This document shows positions 1 to 18,300 of a stretch of 64,000 nt of DNA, one piece after another; positions within the stretch are counted from its first letter, which is position 1, and each line of letters opens with the position of its first letter. Source of the stretch: Eledone cirrhosa. Lineage: Eukaryota. The stretch is from assembly GCA_964016885.1 (NCBI GenBank), contig OZ024743.1, positions 43,524,001 through 43,588,000 of the forward strand, written 5' to 3'. The notes under the pieces were generated by a model. The model worked only from the letters and a program-made list of their open reading frames with translations. It ran no database searches and was not told the origin of the DNA. The position numbers and the translations under genes were made by a program.

Positions 1-68
1 TATAAAACAAGTAACATTTAGAGACCAACCAGATGTGAGAAAAACCACAGACCCTCCATCTCAACTCA

Positions 69-106
69 CCTTTTGAAAAGCAGAAGAACTGCGAAACCGG
101 TAAAGG
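69..106 (+). ncRNA. Minimal type I hammerhead ribozyme (U3-A8 core variant) in a PLE-type 3' end
   Basis: CCTT-TTGAAAA-GCAG(AAGAA)CTGC-GAAAC-CG-GTA^AAGG. Stem I CCTT/AAGG; palindromic helix III ACCGGT. Confidence 0.75.
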
Positions 107-398
107 AACCAAATAAATATATATATTTTAAAAAAAATAAGACTTCAGTTGCATTTTCGATTTCATCCCTTTTTCTTTATACTTCCACTCGTGTAGGACA
201 CCTCGGTTATTTTTCATTTTGTAAAAAAAACCTACTTTCTAGTATATATATATATATATATATATATACAGTATTTACGTATCGAGAAAGAGAAAAAAAG
301 GGGATGATAGGTGATACATATAGTTATTTGCCAAGTAGCGTATGCCAAAAGTGCTCGATACTAATGCAGTATTAAATACTCGAAGTGTTAATATTTAT

Positions 399-438
399 GC
401 CCTTGAGAAGCCCAACTGGGCGAAACGTACGTAGGTGC
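399..438 (+). ncRNA. Minimal type I hammerhead ribozyme (U3-A8 variant)
   Basis: GCCC-TTGAGAA-GCCC(AACT)GGGC-GAAAC-GTAC-GTA^GGTGC. Palindromic helix III ACGTACGT; stem I is short. Confidence 0.7.
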
Positions 439-601
439 TGTTTTAAATAAACATGTTTTAACGGTCTATTCTCCGATGTTTTACTTTTTTTACTTTCCCC
501 CGTATATATATATATATTATTATATTACCCACTCTACTACCCCAAGTATTGAGTACTTTGGTGCGTTATGGTCCACCTGGTTCCTTACCACATTTCCTTC
601 G

Positions 602-659
<58 letters not shown>

Positions 660-663
<4 letters not shown>

Positions 664-2040
664 ATACATGGGGAGCGTCATATTTGTGTAATAATATTGC
701 CAGAATTAATAACAGACACACTCACTGTTTGGTTGGTTTTCGCTTCTGTGTCTTTTCTATCGGTTAATTTAATTTATTCCGTCCTCAATGTCAAAAATAC
801 AGATACTATATAGACACAAACACATATATATAGTCTAACAAAGTTCTTTCGTTGCACATCTGCAAAACGTCAGTGGTGCTATTATGTTTCCTCCCGTTGT
901 ATTGTATGCCTACACCATCTTTATTTAGTCTGTTTATTTATTTATTTATTTTTGTCTTCTCTGTGCATGCGTTTGCGTCTGTGTATAGTGTTTTGTTTGA
1001 TGTGTGTTAGTGTTGAGGTGACTGTGTATTGGTTATTGTATTTTATCTTAGTTTACTAGTGTGTGTTTATATGTGTTTGTTGTTATTGTGCTTGTGTGTG
1101 TATTTATTTATTTATTTATACTTCTCTTTGGTCAGTGTTGTTTGTTTGGGTGTTGTTATTCCATTCATTTTTTCTGTTTAGCCTTGGCCTTCTAAGTTCT
1201 ATTTCGCTGGCCTCTCTGATTTGCCTATCTGCTGGGTCATTTCTATGTTTAGATATTATTCTAATTTCTATGTTGTCTATGTTACCGTCATGTTGTTGTC
1301 TGGCATGTTCGTATAGTACTGAACCGTTTTTTCGTCCTCTTAGTTTCCCCCAGTATTGGTCTATCCTTTCATCTATGCTACAAGCTGTCTCGCCTATGTA
1401 TGTTGATCTCATGTTTCTGCTATAGACTACGTTTCTAGTTTTACAGTTTATCGGGTTCTTTACTTTACATATAATACATTTCCTATTAGTACAGTGGGTT
1501 TTCTTAAAAGGATAGGTTCTTGCTGATCAGGGATTTTATGGTGGTTCCTGGCTTTTCTACCACCTTAATCATTAAGTGGGTCTCTCTCAGGGCCTTTCTA
1601 CACTGGTTAGCTAATTTCCCTCCAGGGGTAGCGTCCACAAACATTTCACTCTGTTATCTCTGGTTGACGTACCATGAGGTGGATTTCCCTATCTCATGTC
1701 TAGTCCTATCTAAGCAATTCGATGATTTGCTCCTGTATAATGGGCAAATTCCTTTCATGTCCAGTTCTATGAGGGCCTTATACTTCTCCGTGGCTCCTTC
1801 GTATACTCTGATTCTCTCTCTTTGGTTGTAGCCAGAGAACTTCATGCGGTTGATGATGTGTTAGATGCGTCTTTCCATTTCTGTTGGGTAGCACATGCGG
1901 GACACGTTCTTCATCACTCGTACCAAGTCTGCGATCAGAATATTAAAAATAGCACTACTGGACATTGCTGAGTTTTTGAGTATCAGGTATTTGGAGGCCA
2001 TGGGTTTAGCATAGTGTGAGTGCAGAATTTGGGATCTGTC
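660..2040 (-). mobile_element. 5'-truncated, frameshifted Penelope-like element (family E): RT thumb, GIY-YIG and pLTR
   Basis: ORF pieces 1861-2085 (HYAKPMASK..LIADLVRVMKNVS), 1654-1845 (CPLYRS) and 1116-1412 (YIGETACSIDERI..RQIREA..LNRKNEW). Homologous to 13346-15330. Degenerate HHR at 838-876; 3' end abuts (TA)n. Confidence 0.88.
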
Positions 2041-7104
<5,064 letters not shown>

Positions 7105-7110
7105 ATATGC

Positions 7111-7199
<89 letters not shown>

Positions 7200-7205
<6 letters not shown>

Positions 7206-7770
7206 ACGTAAAATAAGAAAATTTTAAAAGTTCTTTTAAAAAATTAACTTGCTTACTAAAATTTCCACTCCAACTAATTAGTTTCTGCAATGGGATAAAG
7301 ACAGTTACGTAATCTAACTGTCTAGAATTCATTGCGTCATCAGGGAGTCTATTCTCAGCTAAGTCTCCAGGCAATGCGCGGACACTGGGGACTCATATAA
7401 AAATAATAATTCGGTAGATGGAACAGCTAACGGGGACTGGATTCCATGTACTGAAAAGCTCGCTGTCGCTGGTCGAATGGCAGATTCTAAAGAATAAATC
7501 ACGTGACACTGAGGCTAGTCTGTAGAAGTGGGATGGTAAGATGACAGAAGCCTACTATCACACCAATAAATTAGTAGTGGTTTTGGCAGGTTTGCTCGAC
7601 AAATAAGTAATTTGGAGATAAATATAGAGAATTTAGTATATCTACTAACATATGCGTACATATGTACGCTAATGCTAGCAAATACACAGGTTATGTCATA
7701 GTACCTAGGTGGTTCAATGCAGGAGGATGCAGAACAATAATATAAAAGACGTAAAATAAGAAAATTAAAT
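7200..7770 (-). mobile_element. Family M ORF-less ~545-bp HHR monomer with terminal direct repeat, in (TA)n
   Basis: AAAAGACGTAAAATAAGAAAATT at ~7201 and ~7744; contains the HHR at 7267-7348. Confidence 0.7.
7267..7348 (-). ncRNA. Hammerhead ribozyme with extended stem II (family M)
   Basis: ACTCC-CTGATGA-C-GCAATG..AGACAGTTA(GATTACG)TAACTGTCT..CATTGC-A-GAAAC-TAATTA-GTT^GGAGT. Confidence 0.88.
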
Positions 7771-7797
7771 TTTTTTTTTTTAAATTAACTATATAAA

Positions 7798-7901
<104 letters not shown>

Positions 7902-7909
7902 GTATATAC

Positions 7910-8360
7910 AGAGTGCGGAGGATATTCGTTCGCAAGATTACTGTCTAGGAACAAAAAACACAGTAGTTTTATTTTTAAAGATATATTTATCAAACTTGGG
8001 TCAGTATGTCTTCATGACTTGTTCTTTCGATCTCACTCGATAAACCCACCATTGGCTTTGATGACGACCTCAAGGCGGCCTCGGAACCGGCTAAAGGCCT
8101 CCTTCACTGTCCCCCGACTTAGGCCCCTAAAGGCACTTGTGATCCTGGCCTTCAGACCGTCTTTCGTATTGCAGCTAGATCTGTTGGTGTCTCGTGCGAC
8201 TGCGCCCAACACAAAGAAGACGAGGGCTTGCTCTCAGGCCAGCTGGGAGGCCAGATGTCAGGTGAAGTATGGTCGACGAAGTTCTCTGACAGTCAGGCTT
8301 GGCTCCCTCGGCTGGTATGGCAGGGCGCTGAGTCTTGCTTCCACACGTACGGCCTACCTG
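7910..8360 (-). mobile_element. Tc1/mariner-superfamily transposon fragment (transposase C-terminus and right end)
   Basis: Minus-strand translation gives YVWKQDSAPCHTS..DIWPPSWPE and RFRGRLEVVIKANGGFIE*. TA|CAGAGTG terminus at ~7908. Confidence 0.8.
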
Positions 8361-8369
8361 TATATATAA

Positions 8370-9050
8370 ATGAATATACACGGTTGTGTATGATTGTGTA
8401 TAGAAGATTATATTAATAAAAGGTATTCCAACTTTGTCTGATTTTCTCGTTTTATTTAAAATCCTTTAAAATTAAGAGATAATGAAACATATGGTAGAAT
8501 ATTAAATGTTAAGTGTTAATTGAACAAGTACTTTCATGCTTTCGTAATCTTCAGGTTCATATTCAGTGGTGACATTCAAGTTTGCAATTTTCAACTGTAA
8601 TGAGATGGGTAAATTCTGTGCCTTATATACAGAAAAAAAGGGCTACAGAATGCTAAGTTTTGCAAACTGTATTTCGACCAATCGGTGTGTAGTTTCACTA
8701 GATTACTAAAGCTGATTGGTTTAGGCGTCACGGTTGGCTGAGAATGTCTAACGACTTCTATTTGACGCTATCCAGAGCATCAATTGTTTTGCTATTTATA
8801 GAAATGATGAAAATAGCATTTTCTAGGGTTTTTATAGAAAATCTTCAGGAATCATCACCATCAACATCACTTATATCATTATTAGTGTTGTTGTCGTTGT
8901 CGGTGGTGGTAGCCGACAAGGTCGTAGGCGTAGTCATAGTAGGAGTAATACCCCTAAAGTATTATTATTGTTCATTTAGCTTGGGTTGGAATTTATCAAT
9001 AAAATTGTTTTCTTTAATTTTTCTCTTGATTTCACTTGGGCTGTGTAATT
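8370..9050 (-). mobile_element. Family C non-coding pLTR-like module with HHR at 8521-8559
   Basis: Homologous to 42301-42885. Motif TGAAC-CTGAAGA-TTAC(GAAA)GCAT-GAAAG-TA-CTT^GTTCA. Confidence 0.75.
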
Positions 9051-9052
9051 TG

Positions 9053-9093
<41 letters not shown>

Positions 9094-9094
9094 T

Positions 9095-9191
<97 letters not shown>

Positions 9192-9570
9192 ATATATATA
9201 TATATATACGTATATATACATTTTTAATAAAGATTAAATTGAAAAGTAAATAAGCAGGAAGGTATATATATATATGTCAAGAAAGCATACAGAGATTTTA
9301 GCTAACTGGAGCAATTACATACATAATCTAATAATCGTTGCATAAAAACAAAACAAACAGCAATATGATGTAATCAAAAAGGAAAGATATATACCACATG
9401 CATCTTTCTACAGCATTACACTGTAAGGTAAATTTTTTATCCGCAGAATTGAGTCATTTTTCCTGTTTTGAAATAGATGCATCATAATGTGCACAGTCAG
9501 AGAGAAAGTTACAAACATACAAACGTGCACATACACATACTCAACCCCACCCTCACACACGTATATAATT

Positions 9571-9634
<64 letters not shown>

Positions 9635-9898
9635 TGGGTTCTAGTAACCTATCTGAGATGTTATCGATTATATCGATTTTAATGAAATAGAGATCGTAAT
9701 TTCGTTGTATGTATAGTTGTATGTATGTATGTCACATTTTATAACTACAGTGGTAAATCTGGACTTAATGTTTGTTTTAACTTTCGATCCATTGAGTGCT
9801 TTGTGATTGCCTCAAACACATCGAATAAAACTTGCTGCACTGCAGCTAAAATTCGATTTACACTTATTAGTATTATTATTATTATTATGATTATTATA

Positions 9899-10590
9899 GT
9901 TGGAGGTGGATTGGCAGTATCGGTATAGGGTCATACACCATGCTTAGACGTATATAGTTACGACCCTTGCCACTCTGAGTTCAAATCTCGCCGAGGTTAA
10001 CATTGCCTTTCATCCTTACGTTTCTATAAAATAAAGTATCGGTAATGCAGTGATATAATTACTGCTCTTGTGCCAAAAGTAGAAACAATTGTTATTATTG
10101 TTGGTCGATTGGCAGAATCGGTAGAGGGTCGGACGCCATGCTTTGCAGCATAGAGTTACAGTCCTTTGCGGTCTGAGTTCAAATACCGCCGAGGTCAACT
10201 TTGCCTTTCATCCTTACGAAGTCGATAAAATAATGTACCAGTAATGCACTGTTATAATTACTGGCCTTGTGCCAAAAGTAGAAACAATTATTATTGTTAT
10301 TGTTAATATTATTATAAGGGTGGAGGATTGGCAATATCGGTAAAAGGTTGGACGCCATGCTTTCCAGCATAGTTAAGTCCCTTTATGGTCTGAGTTCATA
10401 TCTCGCCGAGGTTAACTTTGCCTTTCATCCTTACGGGGTCGATAAAATAAAGTACCAGTAATATACTGAGTAATTGCTGGCCTTGTCCCAAAATTAGAAA
10501 CAGTTATTGTTAATATTATTATTATATAGTACCAGTAATACACTGGATAATTGCTGGCCTTGTGCCTAACGTAGAAACAATTATTATTAT
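9899..10590 (+). mobile_element. Tandem cluster of tRNA-derived SINEs (3 near-full copies plus a tail fragment)
   Basis: A-box TGGCAGTATCGGTA, B-box GAGTTCAAATCTC, core GCCTTTCATCCTTACGGGGTCGATAAAATAAAGTACCAG, (TTA)n tails. Confidence 0.88.
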
Positions 10591-10929
10591 ATATGTATAT
10601 ATTATATACACATATTCATATATATATCTACATGTCTGGATTAGTTATGAGAGTATTCGGCACACGATTTTACTGTCCTTTTATCGATACGTGGTGTCAC
10701 ATTTTGTCAAGGAGCAAGATGTTTTATCTCACGTTGCTCCAGTCAAAATTAAACATATCAGTAATTCATAAAGTCAGATTTCTCACATTCTGTAGAATTG
10801 TGAGACACTTGCACGTAAATTGTACGTAAGGGACCGATGCCAGCTATAACAATATATACTCTTTTACTCTTTTATTATTTTACCTGTTCCAGCCATGCGG
10901 TTGAGTGCATGCTCGGACATCGCTCTTGT

Positions 10930-11115
10930 TGCTACACATTTTATCTCCAGCCTGTATTCGTTGGCCGCTGGTGCAAGAGGGATTTCGTTTCTGCTGCCCT
11001 TAAGCTTCCCTCATGTCGTGCTATGGGCTCATCCGGGATCCTGGATAGCAAGGTATCGAGGTGTTTCTTGAAAACATCCACGTCCACAGCATGCAGATCT
11101 CTCAAAACCCTCGGC
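10930..11115 (-). mobile_element. CR1/L2-type LINE 3' fragment
   Basis: Minus frame PRVLRDLHAVDVDVFKKHLDTLLSRIPDEP resembles CR1-group ORF2 C-termini. Confidence 0.65.
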
Positions 11116-11134
11116 CTTTCTAATATATAGCTAT

Positions 11135-11440
11135 ATATTAGAAATTGGTTAGACCATTACTAACCAAAGTACTCGATACTTGGGCTATTAATATATGGTT
11201 ATATGACTGAATCAGGACCCAGGCGGCTGACTTCTGTGATTTTCAATATCTTATTTCAGACGAACGTATATATCTCCCACCCCCATTTATAACAATGGCA
11301 TACATTTTTTTAACACGATACGTTACTTTCTTCTTGCTATTTTCTTCCTTTATCTCCTTTGTTTCAGCAGTGCAGAATTAGCTGTTGAAACGGCAAGAGT
11401 TCAGCCGTCGGGGTCCTGATTCATTCATATAACCATAATT
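11135..11440. repeat. Diverged fold-back related to family D
   Basis: TATGGTTATATGACTGAATCAGGACCC (~11194-11220) is inverted versus GGGTCCTGATTCATTCATATAACCATA (~11411-11437). Shares GAAACGGC..GCCGTCGGGGTC with family D. Confidence 0.6.
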
Positions 11441-12298
11441 TTATATATATATACATAAAATGAGAGATTGGGTGAGATAGGTTGATAGATAGATATAGAT
11501 GCAAAATGAATAACTGTATCACTTATTCGGTATATATATATTTATATGTATGTGTGAGTAAGTGTATGTGTGTATGTGTGTGTTTGTATTTGCGTCAGTG
11601 TCTGTGTGTCGTGTGTGCGTAATATTACTTCTTTATGCACGTGTATATAATAACGAAGCTAATAGATAAATATAACCATGACAATGTCAGCAATGTATGA
11701 TGACGGTTTGGTGATAGCAGCCCTGCTGTAATGTGTGCATGTCAGTGCATATTTGCTACACACTTGTTTGAACCCATTAAAATTATGCATGGTGCAGTAT
11801 TAGTATGGAATCAGAAGATGCGTACATGTTAGTGTGTATATTATATGGTAATGTGCCTGCGAATTTTCTATTGTGTTTGGTTGTGCTCTCCTAAGTGGGG
11901 ATACATGTGTGTGTGTGTGTGTGTGTGATAATGTGTTCCTTTGGGACTAAAGAGCCAACATCTACGTATTTACTTATCGTGTATGCTCCTATTTTTCGTA
12001 TTGGTCACGCTTGTACCTAACAGTTCCATGTGTGCGCTTATATATTATTGTACCTGCGTATATGTTAGCGTGTTTGAGATTATCTATCAGTTTTCTTTTG
12101 CGAGGTTATGTGCGTATATACGTTCTTATGCATGCATATGAATGTGAGGGAAATGTTTAACGTTATACTGCTCTGACCAGAATGTCAAAAACGAGAATGA
12201 AATGAAATGTAACGTGATGGCTAGAAAGAGAAGAATCTTTGGTGAATATAATATTTAGACAGGCAATGTCTAAAGAGATGTAGAAGAAACAATACACA

Positions 12299-12367
<69 letters not shown>

Positions 12368-12490
12368 AAATTAAGATAAATCAAATAAATTTAATCCAAA
12401 TCAAAATTATGGGTGTCATGCCTGAAAGACATGCACCATGTCACCCGCAAAATAAGCTTTAAGATTGTAACGAGTAGGTCCGAGCATTTT

Positions 12491-12585
12491 ATAATAACTA
12501 GAAATTTACTAACATATAAATAAACATGAATAATCACAGGAGTGATTATTCATGTTTATTTATATGTTACTCAATTTCTAGTTGT

Positions 12586-12591
<6 letters not shown>
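12491..12591. repeat. ~100-bp imperfect palindrome abutting (TA)n
   Basis: ..TAACATATAAATAAACATGAATAATCAC-AGGA-GTGATTATTCATGTTTATTTATATGTTA.. Confidence 0.85.
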
Positions 12592-12626
<35 letters not shown>

Positions 12627-12744
12627 ATTAGAAACAGAGAATCAGTGTCGCAAAACTGACTCTCCGTTTCTTATGTGATATTATACTCTGCTCTGTAAGA
12701 GCATCGAGTGCTCAAACGGAGGTTTTAAGGATCCCACACCAATT

Positions 12745-12864
<120 letters not shown>

Positions 12865-13244
12865 ATAAGTGTGTGTGTGTGTGCGTGCGTGTGTGTGTGT
12901 ATGCCTGCTGTTTTGTATTTTGTGTACTTCGATTGTATTTCTTTTTATATTTTTTAAGTTCCACCATAAAAAAACTATTTTTCGTTTTGTTTCGTTTCCG
13001 GTTGTTGTGATGTTGGCTAATTTGCTTAAACACATCTACTGATGTGACAAACTAGCGTATACAACGCCCCACCACCATTACACGCATTTATTGCAATGGC
13101 TTACATTTTTTAAGAGGATATCTTACTTTCTTCTTGCTTTTTTTTCTTCCTTTCATTTTCTTCCTTCTTTTATCTTTGTTTCATTCTTCTCTCTGGAGGC
13201 ACCTCAATTTTACCCTCAGCGCACACAAAGCACCATGTGTACTA

Positions 13245-13289
<45 letters not shown>

Positions 13290-13293
<4 letters not shown>

Positions 13294-13345
13294 AAATATG
13301 ACCCCGACGGCAGAGCTCAAGCCGTTTCGACGGCTATTTCTGGAC
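13290..13345 (-). mobile_element. Family D mini-element arm fused to the 5' end of a PLE
   Basis: GACCCCGACGGCAGAGCTCAAGCCGTTTCGACGGCTATTTCTGGAC, also present at 32899, 45841 and 61674. Confidence 0.75.
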
Positions 13346-15330
13346 TAAAGTAAGGGTATATAAACGGCAGTCCGTAATAAACGGACTGCCAACAACTTCC
13401 AGGCCTGGAACAATGACGTGCCAGCGTTGTATGGCCTTGGAAAATACCATAAGACGAACAGTGACCCAGTCACAGGACCACCAACACGGCCAGTCTGAGG
13501 AGCTAACATTGCTAGTAACTACAGATTTTCCTACTTCCTCTCCCTGATCATAGCCCCATCATTGAAATATTCCCGGATATATGTGACAGCACAGATGACC
13601 TCCTCAGCAGAATCAGCGACAATAACTGATCTAGGGACCTAACCGACTGTATAATATGTAGTATGGATGTTGTGTCCCTATATCCATCCATTCACGTGGA
13701 CTCTGCTGTGGAGAAATGCGTAGAAATGATCAGTGAGAGCAATGTTGAATTCCGTGGGATTGATACAAGTGAGCTGGGACACCGACTTAAACCTACTTAT
13801 AGTAATGATTGTCTAGATACGTATGACCTTAGCAACCTATGCCCACAAGACCAGCACGAGGCAGTCCACCTACCATTAACTTAATGGCCAAGAAAACCCA
13901 CACAGAAAGATGGATCGGGTGGACCAGAGCCATACGGACCCCCGAAAACCATGATGAAACAAAGAAATTGATTGCGCATGCGATCAGTATAAAACTAACC
14001 CTTAGAGAACATATGTTCAAATTTAATGGAAAAACATATGCCCAAGAGGAGGCAGCAGCCATTGGTGTTAGCATTGCAGGTGACATAGCTAAACTATTCA
14101 TGGTATGGTGGGACAATAAACTTAAAGAACAATTAGAAGACACCAACCACTTAACCCTGATAATGTACTCTCGCTACGTTGATGAAATAAACATCGTAGT
14201 AAAAACACACCCACTACAGAACAGTCAGGAATTAGAGAAAAACACCATGGAAAGCATCCAGCAAATACTTAACTCCATCCACCAGTGTATTAGAGTTACT
14301 ATAGAATACCCAAGCAAACACCCTGACCATCGATTACCTGTACTAGACACAGAGATATGGTTAGAAACCATTAATAACAAAAAACAAATCCTCCATTCCC
14401 AGTATGCCAAACTCATGACTTCCAAATATCTGATCCACCGGAACTCAGCTGTTTCGGATTACACCAAAATCAACATACTGATTGCGGATTTAGTACGGGT
14501 GACGAGAAACGTGTCCCGCATGTGCAACCCCAAAGAACTAGAGAGACACATACAACACGTCATCCACCGTAGTTCTCTGGTTACAATCAGAGAGATAAAA
14601 TCAGAGTATATAGAGGAGCCAGAACCAAATGGGAAAAAAATACTAAATAATGATACAAATGTGACCTGCCCCTTGTATAGGAGCACATTTTGGAATATAA
14701 TAGAAAGAACTAGGAATAAGGTTAATAGAATAAACTCATGGTATGATATCAATAAATACCAGAGTGTAATGTTCATCAATACAACACCGAGAGGTGAACT
14801 AGCTTACACATTTAGAAGGGCCCTAGATAAAATTAAACTAAATATTAAGATAGTAGAAAGACCAGGTACCTCCATAAAAACACTTATTAGTAATGCATAC
14901 CCTTTTTAAAGACCTCCCTGTATAGATGAGAAATGCATAATCTGTAAACTTAGCCCCTATATTAATGTAAAACTATAAACATATTATATAGCATAAGATG
15001 TATTGAAGGACAATGAAAAGATAAGAATATAGTGTACATAGGTGAGACAGCTTGTAGTATAGGAGAACGATTAAATGAACACTGGCGAGAGCGTCAACAT
15101 AGAAAAGAATCATCAGTACTCCACTAACATGCTAATATAGAACATAAGGGCAAATTAGAGAACATAGAAATAAAAATAAAATCTACACACATAAAAGACG
15201 CAATGTTTAGACAAATCACAGAGGCAATAAACATAAATGAACTCCAACCAATATTAAATAGAAAACATGAATGGAATAGCAACATCACAACTTACAATTA
15301 AGGACAAGATGAAAACACACACACATAGAA
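13346..15330 (+). mobile_element. Penelope-like element (family E), 5'-truncated, RT and GIY-YIG pseudogene
   Basis: SMDVVSLYPSI (13663 ORF); AIGVSIAGDIAKLFM, YSRYVDE and RLPVLD (13839-14909); downstream YIGETACSIGERLNEH..FRQITEA..LNRKHEW with stops. Confidence 0.92.
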
Positions 15331-15333
15331 CAA

Positions 15334-15570
15334 ACACTCACTGTTTGGTTGGTTTTCGCTTCTGCATCATTTATATCTCCATATTCAATTCATTTGGCCA
15401 TCATTTTTATAACTGACTGGCCTACGGTCAAAAATACAAATATAAATACATATATATAGTCTAACAAATTTCTATCGTTGCACATCTGCAACATCATCAT
15501 GGGTACTATTATCATGTTTCCCCCTACTGTATTGTATGTATTGTAATGTCTACGCCATTTTTCTTTTATC
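15334..15570 (-). mobile_element. Family E pLTR segment inverted relative to its PLE, with degenerate HHR at 15464-15503
   Basis: Same orientation and sequence as 717-920, although the adjacent ORF is on +. Confidence 0.75.
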
Positions 15571-15639
15571 TAGACATTAAAATACATAGAATACATACAA
15601 TTTTGTCTAGACATTACAATACATACAATACAGTAGGTC

Positions 15640-16350
15640 GGAAATTGGCCGCCTCGCTGACAAGGCAGAGTGAATAGAGCAGGCGTTTCTCGGGAGGATG
15701 CTGAAGAAGACGCGCTGAAAGAGACATTCCATCTCTTCAGGCTCACACTCGTGGGCAGCCAAATCTATGCCCATGGTTGAGAGTAGGGAGGTGGCCCAAG
15801 GGTCAAGGGTACAAGAAATCTCCACCTTTACAGGCTTGACCTCAAACGTGTCGGAGAGTAAGTGATATTTGGAGAGTTTACTCCTCCCGCCCGAAGTGCA
15901 ACAGAGCGAGGCTCAGTCGCAGACTGCACTAGGTTTCCATTGGAGAATGTGTGGCTATATGTAGCATTCCAAATGAGGGATATAGAACTGCGGAAGTGGT
16001 TGATAGTCATGCCGTCTGGCCTTTTGCCGTTCCCTCGGTCCAGCCCCACCGGCATTCAGACCTCATTCAGAGCAGCATGGTGTGGAAGGCAGCCGACACT
16101 GTAGTGGCAGGATAGCAGGCGGAAGACGAAAGAGTCTACGATGTTCCGCAGTGACATTTGTGTGGGCCGCACATTGCAAGACGAGTCTCAGGGAAACCCC
16201 GATTTGCAAGCTATCATTTCCCAGCTGCGTGCCATTCGAAAAGGAAGGGAATGCATTGATCCAGGCATGGTTATGGGGTTGCGAGACCGAGAGAAAACAC
16301 GCGAGGTGGTGCTGATTGAGCTGGCGCACTAGCCTCTCCGAGGCCATGTC
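15640..16350 (-). mobile_element. CRE-like non-LTR retrotransposon 3' fragment (restriction-like endonuclease)
   Basis: HAWINAFPSFSNGTQL, GKRPDGMTI..LIWNATYSHT and CEPEEMECLFQRVFFSILPRNACSI. Confidence 0.8.
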
Positions 16351-16681
16351 ACGACGACTTGCTCACATTCGGCTCATAGAATATATAGTGTACAAAAGAT
16401 ACTTGGTTCGATTCATTCACTCACTAAGAATTTCGACAACACCATTCCGTCCACTAATTCTTTATTTCTTGACACTAAATCCTGAAATGCGAAGGTGAAT
16501 TCAATGGGATTTGTCAGAGCGCCAGTGAAATATATACACAAACGTTTACACATACACACGGACATGCACACGAACGCGTTTACATATACGCAGAGACAGA
16601 TTACACAATCAAACATACATTCACGCAAACACACTGAATCACCCATTTGGATATGCATATGTGTGGGTATGTGTGTATGTA

Positions 16682-16721
<40 letters not shown>

Positions 16722-17169
16722 AATGTATGAATGCATGTAGGTATGTATCTGTGTATGTGTGCATGTATGTATTTATGTATGTTCTGGATTTATAATTTCA
16801 CATCTTACCAAGAGAGAGAGTCGGCTTCTAACATAGTTACCTTACTCTCTCATTGGAATTTAAACAACATCAACTAGGTAGATATGTATGCATCTCCGTA
16901 TTCATGCATCTGTGTGCAGGTATGGATGTTATTGAATGTAGGGATGTGTATGCCTAGAGTTATATGCGTGCATGTGCATATGCATTATTAAATGCAGAAA
17001 TTTTGGAATATTTTACTGTTTTTACTGGATTGTAATGCTAATTTCCTAACTAGTCATGTTCTTTCTGTTTCTGTGAAGCAGTTTTTTGGATTCAGAGTTA
17101 TTCAACCCCCCCCAAAAAAACATCTCTTTCCAGCTGCTTGTTCATATGTGATGATGTTATTATTTTCAC

Positions 17170-18300
17170 TGTGATCTTAGAGAAACAGATTCAGGCAGGC
17201 TGTATACATCTTATATATTAGATTCTGGCATGCAATGGGTCGGTAGTTTTTTTTTTAGTGGGTGACTTTGTTCTTGGGGAGCAGTATTGTTTGTGCTAAT
17301 GTCAAACATTCTGGTATTTCTGTATCTCCCTTGAGAACTTGTTGGTAGCGGTCGATAAGATATACCCGATAGAATATCAGTTTTTTGTACCAGAAGCCGA
17401 CAATCAAGTCAAGGGCATCCTCATTTATTTCGTATGTTTTTGTTTTAGTACAGGAGCATAGGACTTTTGGATTTTTGTAGCCACAAGGCATCTTCGTTGA
17501 CATTGTTCTTTTCACCCCATATTTTTCTGGAGAAGGAATCTATGTCTCTCTGGGATGTGGCCTCAGTGACATTTATATTTTGCGCTTCATATATCTATAG
17601 ACTGATGTTTGGTTTCGTCTGAATCTGTTATTAAGTATTTTCCTTTCATCTACCCACTTCAGGTATCGACGTTTCTCGTTGACATCTCTCAATTCTTGTT
17701 TGAGGGTGATCAGCTTATATGGAAGAGTTCTGGCTCTACTGTCACCAAACATCATTTCTATTTTATTTTTCATTCTTGTTGGTGAGGAGTGTTGTTTTTT
17801 GGCATTTAATTTGCGTTGTCACATATCCTGTCGTTGCTGGAACATATGAACAGGCGTTGATTTGCGAAAATGTGTGTGTGTGTGTGTGTGTGGTGGTGGT
17901 GGTGTGTGTGTGTGGGGGGGGGGGGTATTCGTTGTAAATATTCACCCCTATTTCATCAATAGCACGTAAGTTTTCATTATTTGCTTCGATTTTATTTATT
18001 ACTTTGTTTTTTTACGTTCTGCAAAAGAAATGTTTATACATGAATTAATTTCGTTCTGGAAGATTTCGTTGAGGGAAAATGTCAATTGTTTATACATTTG
18101 ATTATTATTATCGATAGTGTTTACCACAACAGTCGAGGTAGACTCAGATGGTACACGTGATGTCAATTTTCTTACGGGCATAGTTGTTTCAAGGCACTGT
18201 TCAGTCTGGCAGTTAAGAAGTCTAGTAGACTCGTGACCTGTAGCCCTTGTTGGTGATTCCATATTTGTTCTGGGGAACTTATAATTATAATGTTCACATT
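17170..18300 (-). mobile_element. Decayed R4/Dong-like non-LTR RT fragment (boundaries approximate)
   Basis: GFWYKKL, PECLTLAQTILLPKNK and NYRPIACQNLIYKMYTACLN in broken minus frames. Confidence 0.65.

Noticed and set aside
9899-10590. CRISPR-like or tRNA gene array
   Set aside because: Units are SINEs with A/B boxes and (TTA)n tails; no cloverleaf and no repeat-spacer regularity; eukaryotic context.
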